Source: Mobula birostris (lineage: Eukaryota). From it: a DNA stretch of 64,000 nucleotides. Location of the stretch: contig NC_092384.1 in assembly GCF_030028105.1 (NCBI RefSeq), positions 26,233,629-26,297,628 of the forward strand. Direction: 5' to 3'. Made by a program: the position numbers and the translations under genes. Below are positions 63,284 through 64,000 of this stretch, one piece after another. Position 1 is the stretch's first letter. The number at the start of each line of letters is the position of its first letter. The notes under the pieces were generated by a model. That model worked only from the letters and a program-made list of their open reading frames with translations. It did not search any database and was not told where the DNA came from.

Positions 63284-64000
63284 TGGGCCGAAGAGCCTGT
63301 CTCTAAGCTGTGGTACACTATGACTCTGTAATCTACAGTCAATTATAGATCCTTAAGAAAAAAAGTGTTTGATTTCAGAATATGCTGCCTTTGATAAGTC
63401 CAACATCTTGCTTCCACTCCGTGTTGCCCAGGCAGTGATTTCCATACGGCTACAGAGATCCAGCACAGGCTCTTCAACTCATCAAGCCTGGCTGATCACC
63501 CCACATCATGTTTCCATCACCTATCCACACCAATCCTACCATCACCCATTTTGTCCAAATTTCCATCAACCCACCTATACCTAGATGAGGACAAGCAGAT
63601 GTACAAGATGTTGGTTAGGCTACACGTGAATAATGAGTGCAGTTCTGATCACTACGCTATTGAACCCCGGTGTTTGAATCCATCTTCATTATCCCTGATA
63701 ACATCATCTGAATACCTAGTGGCATGGAGTCAATGTAATTATCGATATATCTCTGTCATTCCTTCAATATCAATCCCAGCTAAAGGGAACATCTACCTCC
63801 TATAAAAGCTGGGAGACAGATATTCTATCCCCAGTGGTGCAGCTCAGGGGTGTGTGCTTAGCCCACTGCTCTCTCTCTATATACACATGACTGTGTGGCT
63901 AGGCATAGCTCAAATACAATCCATGAATTTGCTGATGATACAACCATTGTTGGTAGAATCTCAGATGGAGACGAGAGGGTGTACAGGAGCGAGATATGCC
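63284..64000 (+). repeat. Direct copy of window positions 1-718 (AgRP upstream region); also inverted copy of ~39820-40538
   Basis: ORF 63551-63805 is nearly identical to 268-522; the same Rex1-like insertion starts at ~63835. Confidence 0.95.

Overview
Vertebrate genomic DNA. The repeat landscape (CR1, Rex1/Babar, L1, Tc1 and Penelope-like elements) suggests a cartilaginous fish, probably a ray; this is inference only. The window is built almost entirely from inverted segmental duplications. It holds two complete three-coding-exon agouti-related protein (AgRP) genes: copy 1 on + at 2670-4586 and copy 2 on - at 33446-37859. It also holds four chymotrypsinogen (CTRB / fish chymotrypsin A-like) copies in alternating orientation: A - 5702-15001, B + 22188-32329, C - ~41037-48773 and D + 54674-62757. 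All four are broken, each by a different lesion. Palindrome 1 has arms 1-~16659 and ~20321-40538 around a ~3.7 kb spacer. Palindrome 2 (C/D) is centred on an L1, and the window end (63284-64000) repeats the window start, predicting another AgRP just outside the window. Highlights: (i) the two AgRP paralogues have degenerated reciprocally - copy 1 lost the R-X-X-R convertase site, while copy 2 has TATAAA>TACAAA, AATAAA>AACAAA, RFFNA>RFFNS and an inverted Penelope insertion carrying a minimal hammerhead ribozyme next to its last acceptor; (ii) an in-frame SINE / chymotrypsinogen prepro-peptide / Tc1-transposase DNA-binding-domain chimeric ORF lies behind the chymotrypsinogen TATA box; (iii) mosaic variant sharing points to gene conversion between copies; (iv) several junctions carry template-switch or templated-insertion scars. 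All alignments were done by eye; TE boundaries are approximate.
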